DNA from: Octopus sinensis
Taxonomy: Eukaryota
DNA: 64,000 nt
Assembly (NCBI RefSeq): GCF_006345805.1
Contig: NC_043017.1
Coordinates: forward strand, 22,754,001 to 22,818,000
Reading direction: 5' to 3'
Of this stretch, positions 48,479 through 61,740 are shown piece by piece; the first letter of the stretch is position 1, and each line of letters starts with the position of its first letter. Both the position numbers and the translations under genes were made by a program. The notes below the pieces were generated by a model. That model made no database searches and was not told the origin of the DNA. It saw nothing but the letters and a program-made list of their open reading frames with translations.

Positions 48479-48490
<12 letters not shown>
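46030..48490. repeat. Tandem duplication, period 1232 bp, with breakpoints in (TA)n
   Basis: CGATGGGCTTC at 46076 and 47308; the units are almost identical outside the microsatellites. Confidence 0.95.
46586..46705. repeat. 20 bp minisatellite x6 (CAATGGGAAGGCTATCTACT); duplicate at 47817-47936
   Basis: Six units read directly. Confidence 0.95.
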
Positions 48491-48524
<34 letters not shown>

Positions 48525-49079
48525 TTTGTGCATTTATCTTTGTGTATATATATATATATATACACACACATTTGTGCATTTATCTTTGTGTGTATATATA
48601 TATACACACACATACACACGCATTTGCGTGTTCATCTATGTATCTATGTTTGTCTTCCACCATAGCTTAACAACTGGTGCTGGTGTGTTTACATTCCCAT
48701 AACTTAGGGGTTCAGCAAAAAAGGCCGGTAGAATAAGTATCAGGCTTAGAAAAAAGAAAAATTAAGCACTGAAGTTGATGCATACAAATAAAATTCTTCA
48801 GGGTGGTGCTCCAGCATGGCCGCCATCTAATGACTGAAACAAGTAAAGATGAAAGATTGTATCCTAGATATTTAATAATAATCAGGCAGGTAGCAAAGAT
48901 AACCAAGAGAGTGGAACGATATAGAGATTATACTTTATGCAACTAATTTTTTCTATGTTCAAACTTCCACAAATCCAAATTTATATTCCATCCCTTTTTT
49001 CCTCAACGCCAATAGTGACAACCTTTACTCCAGCACACAGCATACATAACCTCTCCAAAATGGCAGGGACTCTCATTAC

Positions 49080-49417
49080 CCCTTTCGATACCAACCTGTC
49101 TGAAACTGCCTCTGGCTCTGAAGTACAAATGTCTTGTTTTCAAAAGTTCTGAATTAAAATCTACCAAACCTTAGTCACAATTTATGTTCCTAACACTAGC
49201 TTAACCCTTTGAGCCATAACATCAGTTTACTGGTGGATGGCTTATTTTTCTCTACTGAAGCACCAGTGGAGTGCCAGGTATATGGTGAAATAAGGTCCAG
49301 GAGGTCAGGGCTCAAAGGGTTAACGATAACTAAGTTATTTTACTAAATTCTTTGCTATATTTAAAATTAATTGAAAGAAACACAGAGCATCTTATCAGAA
49401 ATATGGTAACAAAAGAG
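49080..49417 (+). mobile_element. Family F MITE carrying a nested MITE
   Basis: Colinear with 13358-13577 apart from an insertion at its internal TTAA. Confidence 0.85.
49205..49319. mobile_element. 115 bp piggyBac-type MITE
   Basis: Perfect 11 bp TIR CCCTTTGAGCC; TTAA TSD at 49201-49204 and 49320-49323. Confidence 0.92.
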
Positions 49418-49891
49418 TTAAGGTATCAAGCTATAAAAACAATGCAAAAACAAAGAAAATGAAAAGAAAATAACAATTGAAGCAAACATAGTCTCTATAA
49501 GCTGCAATGCAAGTAACTTGTCTTGGAGGGCAGTAACTCTGAATAAAAACTGCCAACAAACAGTAGAGGTGGCACTTCAATCCTGCCCCAAGTTCATGCA
49601 GTAAAGTGGTTGGTAATAGTTGTAACAGTTACAATATTAGTAATTTAGTAATTAACTACTGGTGGAGACACCATATTTTGCTTTGTAACCATAATATACT
49701 ACCAAGTAAAGGCTTATAGGTCAATACTGTGTCTTACAAATTCTACAGCAAGCTACCCTTTCTAACACCAACCACTTTGCTGCATGAACCAGGTATAACA
49801 CATCTACTGAACAGACACAATTGTGATATAGTCTATATACTTTCTAACTACAATGTTATGTAGTTTGATGGAGTATATATCTATTAACTTA

Positions 49892-50282
49892 GTGGAGGCG
49901 CAATGGCCCAGTGGTTAGGGCAGCGGACTCGCGGTCGTAGGATCGCGGTTTCAATTCCCAGACCGGGCGTTGTGAGTGTTTATTGAGCGAAAACACCTAA
50001 AGCTCCACGAGGCTCTGGCAGGGGATGGTGGTGATCCCTGCTGTACTCTTTCACCACAACTTTCTCTCACTCTTACTTCCTGTTTCTGTTGTACCTGTAT
50101 TTCAAAGGGCCGGCCTTGTCACTCTCTGTGTCATGCTGAATATCCCCAAGAACTATGTTAAGGGTGCACGTGTCTGTGGAGTGCTCAGCCACTTGCACGT
50201 TAATTTCACGAGCAGGCTGTTCCGTTGATTTGGATCAACCGGAACCCTCATCGTTGTAACTGACGGAGTGCTTCCATCCATT
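49892..50282 (+). mobile_element. tRNA-headed SINE family D, intact (second tail type)
   Basis: A box TGGCCCAGTGG, B-box-like GGTTTCAATTCC; TSD TATTAACTTA. Confidence 0.9.
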
Positions 50283-50749
50283 TATTAACTTACAAATTAG
50301 TAATTTACATTATACCCAGCAGCTACTCATAACCTTATCCAAGTACAAATTTTCCCATATGTAAATAATGAGCCCTTTTATCATTTTGATGCATAGACTG
50401 GGGGCATGACTAACATGTAACCTTTACTGTGCATCAGTTCTTATTCGTAGTTACAGCCCTTCCAGAATTTCTGTAGAAAAGGTAGCAGGCTGTAAAATTT
50501 GTGTCAACATTAAAAAGGTTGTTATATGTCACTGGGTGACAGAAATCCACTACAGGAGTCATGTGGTTGAGTGTTAGGGTGTTGGCCTCATGATCGTAAG
50601 ATAGAGGTTTCAATTCCTAGACCTGGCAATGACATACATACAGACAGTATACTTTCGGTATGTATGTATACAATTAGATGCATTGACTGCAGCATCAGAG
50701 CACTTTAACTCTTATTTCTAGCATTGTAGGTGTTCTAACACCCTCTGTC

Positions 50750-50752
50750 ATA

Positions 50753-50785
<33 letters not shown>

Positions 50786-50804
50786 GATATATATATATAT
50801 ATAT

Positions 50805-50847
<43 letters not shown>

Positions 50848-50890
50848 TATGTATGTATGTATGTATATATATATATATATATATATATGT
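50750..50890. repeat. (TA)n microsatellite
   Basis: Low-complexity tract. Confidence 0.95.
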
Positions 50891-51824
50891 AAATATAACA
50901 TGCACACACACAATATACACACACTGATTACCTTAGCTGTTACTTCATTTAGTGCACCAGAGTGACTGAGGAATTAGTGTAAACAAACTCAATTGTGATA
51001 TAGTCTGTATACTTACTAACTACAATCGTATGTAGTCTGATTGAGCATATATTTAGTAACTAACAAATTGGTAATTTAGATTATACTTAGCAGCTACTCA
51101 TAACCGTATACAAGTACAAATTTATCCATCTGTGAATAATGAGCCTATTTATTACACAATTCACTTATATAATTAGTTATACACTTAAATGTGTATGTGT
51201 GTGTGTGTGATCTAGTTTATTTATAAATGAAGTATTTTTTTCTATTCATTTTTAATTTTGCTGACAGTTTGTATACAGTTGTTCTTAGATTTATAGCAAT
51301 TCTCATTATGTTGTTTGATGTAGTATAAAGCTTCTATCCTGCTATTATTCACTCAACATGTGTAAACACACACAGACACACACACACATTTATCATTCTC
51401 AAGCTGTATATTTTCCCCTTCTCTTCTCCACTTATCTATCTTGACAAAGAGCATATTTTCTGAAACATCAATACCTAATCCTTTCCTTCGTGACATACGT
51501 TTATACATTGACATTCAACTGTTTCTAGTTGTTTTCTTTTATGGCTGTAAATCAGTAAATTGTTTCTGGATATAGCATTAAGCTGATACAGATCAAAAAC
51601 TTGAATGACATGGATACCGAATATATATTTTTTTATTATTTTAAATTGCAGGTATTTAGCAATTAACAACCAATTTCTGTCCAAGATAGGGTATCTTTTT
51701 ATCTTTTTCTTTTTTCAGTCATTGGACTGCAGCCATGCTGGGGCATTGTCTTGAAGAGTCTAGTCAAACAAATGGATGTCATTACTTATTTTTCAAGTCT
51801 GGTACTTATTCTAACAAGATCTTT

Positions 51825-52226
51825 GGATCTTTTCGGTTTGAACGGCAGTTTTTTAAAATAATTTCCACATAACTAAACACTTTTAAACTTCGTATACTGG
51901 TAGAATGTGTTTATAAAACATCTTTTTTTCTTGGCTTTATTGAGAAAATTCTATAGTTTGTAAGATATTTGTTGTTTTTTTTCTTCAATTTCTGCAATTT
52001 CAACCAATCAATGACGTCTATTGGGGTGAAAACATTGTGCCGTATGAATATGTCTCTCGTTTTAGAAACAGATTGGGTTTATTTACATTTCTGAAGAAAA
52101 AAAGATACCCTTCCCCCTAACCCTAACACAGATTGAAATGCAATAGATTGATACTAGGGTCATAATTATGGGTGACAATTTCATATGACACCGCTAGAAA
52201 AACTGCCGTTCAAACCGAAAAGATCC
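51825..52226 (+). mobile_element. Second GGATC-TIR MITE, inserted in an old SINE A
   Basis: Near-perfect TIRs; TSD AGATCTTT / GGATCTTT. Confidence 0.9.
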
Positions 52227-52673
52227 GGATCTTTTGCCAAACCACTAAGTTATGGGGACATAAGCAAGCCAACATCACTCATCAAACAGCAGGGTGGAGA
52301 CAAACACTATACAAACACAAAGACACACACACATATATGTGTGTGTATGTATATATATATATATATCATAATCATTATTGTTTAACATCCACTTTTCATG
52401 TCAGCATGGGTTGGATGGTTTGACAGGAGCCAGCCAGACAGATTATACCAAGCTTCTGTGTCTGTTTTGGCATGATTTTTACAGCTAGATGCCTTTCCTA
52501 AAATCACCTGCCCTGCAAAGTAGACTGAGTGCTTTTTACATGGCACCAGCACAGGTGAGGTCAGTTTTGGCATGATTTTTATGGCTGGATGCCCTTCCAA
52601 ATGTCAATCACTTCACAGTGTAGACTGGATGCCTTTTATGTAGCACCAGCAGGGTCACCAAGTAATTGGCACA

Positions 52674-52980
52674 TAAAAAGCACCATCCGAATCGTGGCTG
52701 AAGCCAGTGCCGCCTCGACTGGCTTCCGTGCAGTTGGCACGTAAAATGCACCAATCCAACCGTGGCCGATGCCAGCCTCGCCTGGCACAAGTGCAGGTGG
52801 CACGTAAAAAGCACCCACTACACTCACGGAGTGGTTGGCGTTAGGAAGGGCATCCAGCTGTAGAAACATTGCCAGATAAGACCGGAGCCTGGTGCAGCCT
52901 TCTGGCTTCCCAGATCCCCAGTCAAACCATCCAACCCATGCTAGCATGGAGAACGGACGTTAAATGATGATGATGATGAT
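52674..52980 (+). mobile_element. Family C retroposon, back to back with an older minus-strand copy (52365-52670)
   Basis: TAAAAAGCACCATCCG start, core motif, (TGA)n tail. Confidence 0.85.
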
Positions 52981-53430
52981 ATATATTAACAATCATATAT
53001 ACTTAACACATATGCTCTATGTATTTGCTGGTAAGCTGCTATTGACATAGTGGAGAATACCCGTTCAAAGTGCCTGGGGTAAAAACTCCTTAGATTTATG
53101 GTCAGACAAGACAACTCACCCTCAATCTCATCCAGGAGTGATGAACATCAATGTCTTACTATTTTTGTAGCTTGTCAACATCACATACCTGATACAGACA
53201 CATGACAGGCTTCTTACAGTTTTAGTCTACCCAATTCACCCACAAAGCATTAGTTGGCCTGAGAATATAGAAAACATATGTCCAAGGTGCTGCCCAGCGG
53301 GACTGAACTTGAAACCACATGGTTACCAAGCCAGCTTCTTAACCACACAGCTATGCCTGCACTTATGTATTTTTCTAAGCACAATTTATGTCAAAAGCAA
53401 AACTATTCCCATCTTGATAAAAAGCACTAT

Positions 53431-53676
53431 ATCATGAAAACTGTTTGAAAATAATTGTTCGAAAAACAGTTATTCGAAAACAGTTATTTGAAATAAATAT
53501 CATTTGTGTACTTGATTTTTAATTTTATCGTTTTTGTTTAAATAAAATAAAGATTTTAGAATAATTAACATTTCCTATAATTGTCCTTTTGAATAATTTT
53601 CTTTCATACAATTTTTCATAAATGTTTTGCAAGTAATTGTTTCCGAACAATTATTTTCGAACAGTGTTCGCATAAT
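53431..53676. mobile_element. AT-rich MITE-like element with subterminal TTCGAAAA repeats
   Basis: GAAAATAATTGTTCG is inverted as CGAACAATTATTTTC; the imperfect inverted arms are about 35 bp. Confidence 0.5.
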
Positions 53677-53721
53677 CACAAACACACTAGAGAAATATGA
53701 AATTAAGTGTGAGTTTCTATA

Positions 53722-53760
<39 letters not shown>

Positions 53761-53863
53761 TGTGTGTGTACAAGAATATTGAATAAGAAAAGAAATCAAA
53801 TAGCAAAAGGAAATATAGAGAGTTGTATAGACACACTTAAAAAAGACCTATGTACACACACAT

Positions 53864-53904
<41 letters not shown>

Positions 53905-54442
53905 GACGTATATAATACACACAAAAACATATATACACACACATAACATCTATATATATACACACACATACGTGTATAATTCACACAAAAACACACACAG
54001 AAACAGATCAAAGACCAACTTGTATTTATTTCCTTAAACAGGTTTTAGTTACTTGCCTCATCAAAAGTAATTAAAAGTAGCAGCCATTACTACTTAATCA
54101 ATGGTGAAGTGTCAAGATTAAAGTTTAGCTTTTATAATTCCTGTAAAAACCTTAATTTATAGAACAGCTCTGGACAATATAAATATGAAACAGATGGTTG
54201 AATGGCTGGAAGTTTAATAGTTTGTTTCCCTTCTCAGGTGCTGTGATGTGTTCTAAATAAAGTCACTTAATTCTTGATGGCCCAGCTGTAAATAGACAAA
54301 TAGATACCATGCCAGTTTACAGTTTGACCTAACAGGTTTCTTTATAACAGCTTTCACATCTTAACTCAAATCTTTTCTTAACCCTGGAAAAGTTAAGAAA
54401 TGCCTAATGTACGTTCCCTAGTCTTCAGTGATATCCTTTCAG

Positions 54443-54475
54443 CTCAGTCAGCTAAGGATCAATATTTTTAGAAAG
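54443..54475 (+). CDS. Candidate short exon (LSQLRINIFRK)
   Basis: CCTTTCAG acceptor, consensus AAG|GTAAGT donor, open phase 0-0; may be chance. Confidence 0.18.
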
Positions 54476-56754
54476 GTAAGTTTATCCGTTAACCATTGAA
54501 TAAGGAGTTTATCAATGTATAAATACTTTGAAAATTTATAAACTCAGACATCTTTCTCAGAATTTATTTATGTTATTATTGACAAGCAGATATGACAGTC
54601 TTGAAATAGCATCTCTCTTCATGTGTCATGCCTACAGCTGGGGGCAATTATGGTACCCCATGCCAAAATTTGAAGATTCAGGATTTCTCTCAGAAAAGGT
54701 AACAGCAGTTATTTCTAATATCCTTCTGCCTGTTTATTTGCAATTCACTCTGCTAGTTTTCTACTTTTTTGAGCATATCCTTGAGGTGTAAGACTTGTGC
54801 ACCCTTATCAGAGTATGTCCAACCATATCAGAGTAAGTCCAGACAACAGCTGGCCTGAGTGACATGTCTAAAGACCAGCCTTCCTCTAAGTTTTGTATAC
54901 CCCAACCAGAGGATCATCTTCTGGTAACTGACTCATAGCTAGTGCTCTTGATAGCTCTGTGACTCTGGGCCAGAGCAGACCTGAAAGTAATAGTGATTAA
55001 GGGGTAGTTCCATTCTCTCTAAAATTACTGAAATCTCAGGCTGGAACCTCACGACCAGATGCAATTTAATATCTAGCCCAGGACAAGACGATTTTATGCA
55101 GTACCCAAAGTTCAATCTCCACTATTCTATGTGAAGACTCAATAAAGACTACGTTGCTCATCATGAATCATTAAACTTCAATTGTAAAAATTTGCACCTG
55201 TACAAAACTAAGCTTTATTCCATTAATCATATTAACTCCCTTAAAAAAGAATGACTGGAACTTGGGGACATTCAAAAGCAAGTCATTATTTTGGAATGAT
55301 ATTCTTCTCAAAGAGCATAAATTTACATCATTTCCAAAGCCCACTTAAACCAGTAATCCTTCTAAATCCCCTCTTCATCACAACACAAATTATATTTCTT
55401 TATAAAACACTTCTTTACTTTTGAATCATTTTCTTATTAATTGCTATCCAAAGGCAATTCAATTGCTACTTTTTCAGTGAAACCTAACGAGTTGCTATGT
55501 CAAATATTCATACATAAAACTTATCTTATTTTTTGCTTATCTGATGCCTTTATTATTCATCTTTAAAGGATGAAATTTAGATTGACATGGTTAAAGCCAC
55601 AGAATCATAGGTTGCACCGAATGTTTCACCCGTAAACATCAGTTCTAGCAGTTATACATCTATAGCAAATCACTCATCTACTATGGTTAGTCCACATTAC
55701 TCTGGGCCAGTTTCCCAGTTTTTCTCATGTATATAATTCCTCCCTGGATGAGACACCTGTCCATTGCAAAGTTACTCCTTTTTACCAGCTGAGTGGACTG
55801 GAGCAATGTGAAATAAAGTGTTTTGCTCAAGAACACAGTGCATCACCCAGTCTAGGAATTGAAACCACAATCTTACAGTAGTGAATCTAACACCCAAACT
55901 ACTAAGTCACGTGTCTCCACAGTCATCTGGTATGGTGATATACAACATAGTAGATTGTACCAAATATAGTTTTGGACTCTGATTTAACACAAGATATGAG
56001 ATTATACTTCAAAACCTGATTTTTCTATCATAAACTGAACACTTTCACCAATTAACTATCACATCTTTGTTTAATGATTAAAAAAAAGCAACAAACAAAG
56101 TAGATTTGGTTTTAATCAGAAACACCTCAGCGCCTCGCTTGGTAACTCAACCGAAATAAAATCATTGCATTTCAACAAAATTTACTTGTAACTTTTCAAT
56201 TATATTTGTGATAAGAAATTAATTCAAATAGTTCAATCTAATTAGCCAACATGAAATAGGATTAAGAATTAAGAGTGAAAAGACTGATACTAACAAAGAG
56301 TAAAGCACATTATAATGGTTTTGATTTAGGAGCTTGTTTGGCTTATGAGAAAATTTCAATTATTCTCTCCTTTATTTACATTTCTTTTTTTGTTACAAAA
56401 CAATAGCTGTTGTTTCTGCATTTTAAACATAATAATTAGAAATAATTTTACGTCATCAGCAGCAGTATGTTATTGATGGATGGATTGACGAGTGACAACT
56501 TTATCAGTTGTAAAGAAGTGTGATGACAATGTGTTGTGTTTGTTGGAAAGCCTGTGTATAACAGAACCAAAATGTTTTTATAGCTGGATGGCACTTTCAC
56601 TGCTGACAACAGATGTACTAATGAGGATAGGAGAGTAGGAGGAGGAGAAGCAGAGAAAAGGAGGAAGCAAGACATTGTAGACTGCAGCAGAAGAGCAAGC
56701 ATTGTAAACCAGCTTATCTCTTCTAAAATGATTGATACTGCACAGGCAGAACAT

Positions 56755-56786
<32 letters not shown>

Positions 56787-56812
56787 TATATATATATATA
56801 TATATATATATG

Positions 56813-56868
<56 letters not shown>

Positions 56869-57025
56869 ATATATATATGTGGTGTGTGTGTGTGTATATA
56901 TATGTGTGTGTGTGTGTATGTGTATGTGTATATATATATATATATATATGTGTGTGTATATATATATATATGTGTGTATATATATATATGTGTGTGGTGT
57001 GTATATATATATATATGTGTGTGTG

Positions 57026-57080
<55 letters not shown>

Positions 57081-57100
57081 GCGTGTGTGTGTATATATAT
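56755..57100. repeat. TA/TG microsatellite
   Basis: Low-complexity tract. Confidence 0.95.
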
Positions 57101-57762
57101 ATAAAGTAATTGTTGGGTGGGATGTTCGGTTCTGCCTACATGCAATACCAAGTGAAAGCTGAACTTCCATGAAACAGAACAAGACAAACAATTAATATGG
57201 AATTATTGGAATGAGCTGCAGCCGTAAGATAAAAAACATTTCATTTGAAGCATGAAAATAATAGAACTATTTCAATCACTGCAACACATCGCATTTAGAC
57301 TACACTGCACTGTATTAAACTTCGACACTACAATGTATTATACTGCATTATATAAAGAAATAATGCTATATCACATAGCTGCCACAGCTCAATGTCTTAT
57401 CCATCTCTATTACATAAGAATGTTTGCAGCAACAGTAAATAAGGATACAAAGCTAGAAATGGAAAAGAAAAAAAAACTATGTAATTACAATAATATATAT
57501 TAGAGCTATTATAGCTGTAACATCCAGATAAATAATGCTATTAATGTTAAAGAATGATATCATCTGTGGTAAAAACAATCAGGAGAATGTTTAGCCTCAG
57601 GATATTTAAACAAACACTGCCTATCTGTATCGTTGTGAGAATAGTGTATGCAAAATGTTCCTGACTACCAAGCAAAGAGCCACAAATGATGAGAAACATG
57701 ATAAATGCTGAAAAAACTAAGAGAAGTAACATAAAAAAACTATCCTCCATTGATATGCAAAC

Positions 57763-57773
57763 CAATTGAAATT

Positions 57774-57804
<31 letters not shown>

Positions 57805-57985
57805 TATATATATATAAGCACTGTCACCTTATATTTTGCTTACAGTAAGCTACTGAATAGTGCATCTAGTCATAGAATGAGGATGAGAATATCAGAGGAA
57901 GGACCTGTCTTTGGTGTCAGTTATTAGCATTTGCCTTTCTGGTCTGCTGCTGAAGAGCAGATAACTACTCTGAAATACAATTGAA

Positions 57986-58028
<43 letters not shown>

Positions 58029-58181
58029 TATAAGCACTGTCACCTTATACTTTGCTTACAGTAAGCTGCTGAATAGTGCATCTAGTCATAGAATGATGAT
58101 GAGAATATCAGAGGAAGGACCTGTCTTTGGTGTCAGTGCCTTTCTGGTCTGCTGCTGAAGAGCAGATAACTACTCTGAAAT
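57763..58181. repeat. Tandem duplication, period 215 bp
   Basis: CAATTGAAATTTA(TA)n at 57763 and 57978; the second unit lacks an internal ~11 nt. Confidence 0.9.
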
Positions 58182-58721
58182 GCATGCACCCAACAGTCTG
58201 ATTAAGGGGTACTGCAAACTGACTTATTGTGTTTTATATATATATATATATTTATAATATGATATATAATATAATAGCAACAGAAATAACTTAAAAGTGG
58301 ATTTTGTGTTAGAACACAAAACCATGCGAAAGAACCTCTTATATGGTTTCATGGGGCATAGATGCATTCTTGTCTATGCCACCAGGATGAGATGATTAAC
58401 CATCATCACTGCTGCATATATACATATATATATAAAGATTCAGTTGAATTAGGTACTTAAGTTGAAGCATCATGTCAGTCCAGTGTTATCCACACAGCTC
58501 GAAGTAAGCTGAATAAAATCAAAATAATTAACAGGATATCAAGTATAGATGCAGTACAACCGTTTATTTATTTGTGCAGCTGAAGATAGCACTGCATTTG
58601 AATTGATGTAATGACTGCATTGTTCAATTAAATGGAGCTGCTTGAAATAAGAATGCTAAAAAGTTTCTGGTTTTGGGTAAAAGAAAATACAGGAGGATCA
58701 GTTAATTATGATTTTATTCAG

Positions 58722-58869
58722 CATATTCACCTCTCAGATTCACACACTTATTGCAGCAATCCTTCAGTCTAAGTTCCACAAAAGAACTCAAAGTTGGACC
58801 TCCAACCAGGCCTTTTGCAATGCCCTTAAAGCCAGGAATTGTTCAGCACTCCCTCATATTATAGGAAAG
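58722..58869 (+). CDS. Candidate 148 nt exon (IFTSQIHTLIAAILQSKFHKRTQSWTSNQAFCNALKARNCSALPHIIGK)
   Basis: ATTTTATTCAG acceptor, 49 open codons in AT-rich DNA, AAG|GT donor; phase-compatible with a 28 nt candidate at 58580-58607. Confidence 0.3.
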
Positions 58870-59554
58870 GTGGTATATCTGATTTAATTATTTTGAAAAT
58901 TCTGTATTCTATTATATCTGAATATTTCAGAATGAAACTCTTTAAAGCAATTTTTACATTTATATTAAGACTATGTAAAAGGTTTTTGGTCGCCATGTAT
59001 CATTGCAAAATTTGAATATAACCGACATTAAATGCTTGCTGTTCAGTAACAATGTTAGATGCAGTAAAAACAGTGGTTTTTATCATAAATACAATCAATT
59101 CTGCAACCAACCAGCTTAGATATTTACTACACACACACACACAGCTTATATAATAAAAGCAACTATAAAAATTAGCTTTGACAAATGAGTTGACATTTGG
59201 ATGTAAATAAATGAGCTTCAGAGAGGTTAAAACAGGAGACTAACAAAGTTATAGTTTGACAACAAATCTATCAGTTACATAATAAACATTGGGCATTACT
59301 TAAAAAAACAAAAGATAAAATAAAGACTGGAAAATGAAAGATATAGTTGTTTTACGTAAAACAAATTAAAACTATCAGAATGTCAGTTACTTCCTAGATG
59401 GATATTTGAATGATACAGATTTGTTTAGCTTTGTTTCTATATGTTTACATGGTAGTAAGGGATTGTAAATTTACATTTTTTACATAAAAAGTTTGAGTAA
59501 ATGTTTTTTAAAAAAAATGCTTTTAAAAACTTTTTTTCTTTATATTACACAGTG

Positions 59555-59802
59555 AATGAGGGGTACTCGTAAGTGGGCTGGTTACACCCACTGGCATAGG
59601 CCATGGGCTATGGTCTCAATTAGCTTGTCAGGTCTTCTCAAGCACAGCATATCTCCAAAGGTCTCGGTCACTAGTCATTGCCTCAGTAAGGCCCAATGTT
59701 CAAAGGTCGTGCTTCACCACCTTATCCCAGGTCTTCCTGGGTCTACCTCTTCCACAGGTTCCCTCAACTGCTAGGGTGTGACACTTTTTCACACAGCTGT
59801 CC
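59555..59802 (-). mobile_element. RTE LINE ORF2 C-terminus and start of 3' UTR
   Basis: Reads VEGTCGRGRPRKTWDKVVKHDL*..DRDLWRYAVLEKT*. Confidence 0.88.
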
Positions 59803-60417
59803 AATAATTAATCACTATTAGGAATTGCATAAAAAATTTTAAAACTATTTTGAACATATCCTGTCAAATGTAATGTTTATCTATTCTTATTATTTTTAAT
59901 TGATCATGTATTCTCTCACAGCTTTGAAATTTCAATGATGCAACTGTTTATTTTTCAAATGATGTTGTACACTAAGTGTGAGAGATCAGATCTGTCCAGT
60001 TTGAACATAAAACAAGTAGAATATTTTCGGCCAGATATGCTCAGTTCAAATGCTAAAAAGTAAACAATAAAATCATATATGAACCCCCAAGGGTCATACA
60101 GACCCCGGTTGAGAACCACTATTACAAAACAAACCATCAATCCCATGAGGAAGATACATAAAGCAGGAACTGAGAGAAGCAGAGTAAAGGGTACCAATGA
60201 CCAGTTGACAATGAAGCAAATGGCATCAAGGGAAATTAAAAAGCTTAATAGCAGATATGGCTCAGATGTTGAACACTGTTGTCATTTATATCCTGAGTCA
60301 GCCTGATTAAGCAGATCTATGATAAAAGACGCTCCATTTCTGACCATTCAACTTAATCTAGCCCTACATTATCCAATGCTGCCCTCCATTTTTTTAAGTG
60401 GGTAAAATTTGATTTAA

Positions 60418-60640
60418 CCCTTTTGTTACCAACCTGGCTGAAACCGATTCTGGCTCTGAGTACGAATGTCTTGTTTTCATAAGTTCTGAATTAAAATCTT
60501 CCACCAAACCTTAGTCTCAATTTATGTTCCTAACACCAGCTTCATGATAACTAAGTTATTATTTTCCTAAATCCTTTGTTATATTTAAAGTAATTGAAAG
60601 AAACACAGAGCATCTCAAAATAAATACAGTAACGAAAGGG
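60418..60640 (+). mobile_element. piggyBac-type MITE family F
   Basis: TTAA on both sides; TIR CCCTTTTGTTAC / GTAACGAAAGGG. Confidence 0.88.
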
Positions 60641-61439
60641 TTAAGGAGACTTGCTGCTATTTGTAACAGGTTAAGTAACCAGAGAGAGGCAACCTCATTG
60701 GCTCATCTCTAGGAATATACATGAATTAAGCAGTAAGAAAAACCAGGCAATTACTTAAATCATGACTACAAAAGCTAATTTAGTAGCTTAAACAATACGA
60801 CCAATATACTACTTGTAAATTTATATATTTTAAGTGAAGCATAGTAGACACTGTAGTGGAAACTAGCTGTGTACTATAAATAAACTATTGCAATAAATAG
60901 TAAGTAATGTTTGATATCAAAGACACCATATTGATTGGAACCATATCGTGTGTTATGTATGGCTGACTGAATACATTTGAATAGTTCTTTTCAACTCTGT
61001 AGAGAGAAAGTGCAATAATAGGCCAGCAATGACACCAATATGGTGGAGCAATGGATGACGTTATGAAGAAAAGTATAGCGATAGAACATCTCCGAAATTT
61101 TGAAGGGAATTCCTTATAAATTGTTGATTTCTGTTTCAAAAGAAATATTTATTAAGTGGTATTATTTTCCATGTGAAAAATGCTGCATCTGTTTAATTAG
61201 AATCGAAATGACTAGATCCTGTTAAATTAATAAAGTTGTCTATCTCAGAGCTTGGCTGATATGAAAACTTTGCGTAGAAATCTATTGAAATATTGATCAT
61301 GGACTCTTGAGTCATCTATCAACACTGAGACACAAAGAATTATACGGTTTCATCCCATGTAGGTCAGTTGATGATCAAAAGTTGCTATTTCAAAGATCTA
61401 ATGTGCTGAAAGGACATAACGTTTATTTATAATACCCAC

Positions 61440-61670
61440 CCACACACACACTCATACACCCATCCACACACACACACACACAGGTGCACTCACATGCACA
61501 CACACACACACTCACACACCCATCCACACACACAAACACACCCATACGTGCACGCACATGCGCACACACACACACACACGTGCACACACATGCGCACACC
61601 CACACACACACTCACACACCCATCCACACACACACACGTGCACACACATGCGTGCATACACACACACACA

Positions 61671-61703
<33 letters not shown>

Positions 61704-61740
61704 TCGTGCATGCATATGCACACACACACACACACACATG
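61440..61740. repeat. (CA)n complex microsatellite
   Basis: Low-complexity tract. Confidence 0.95.
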
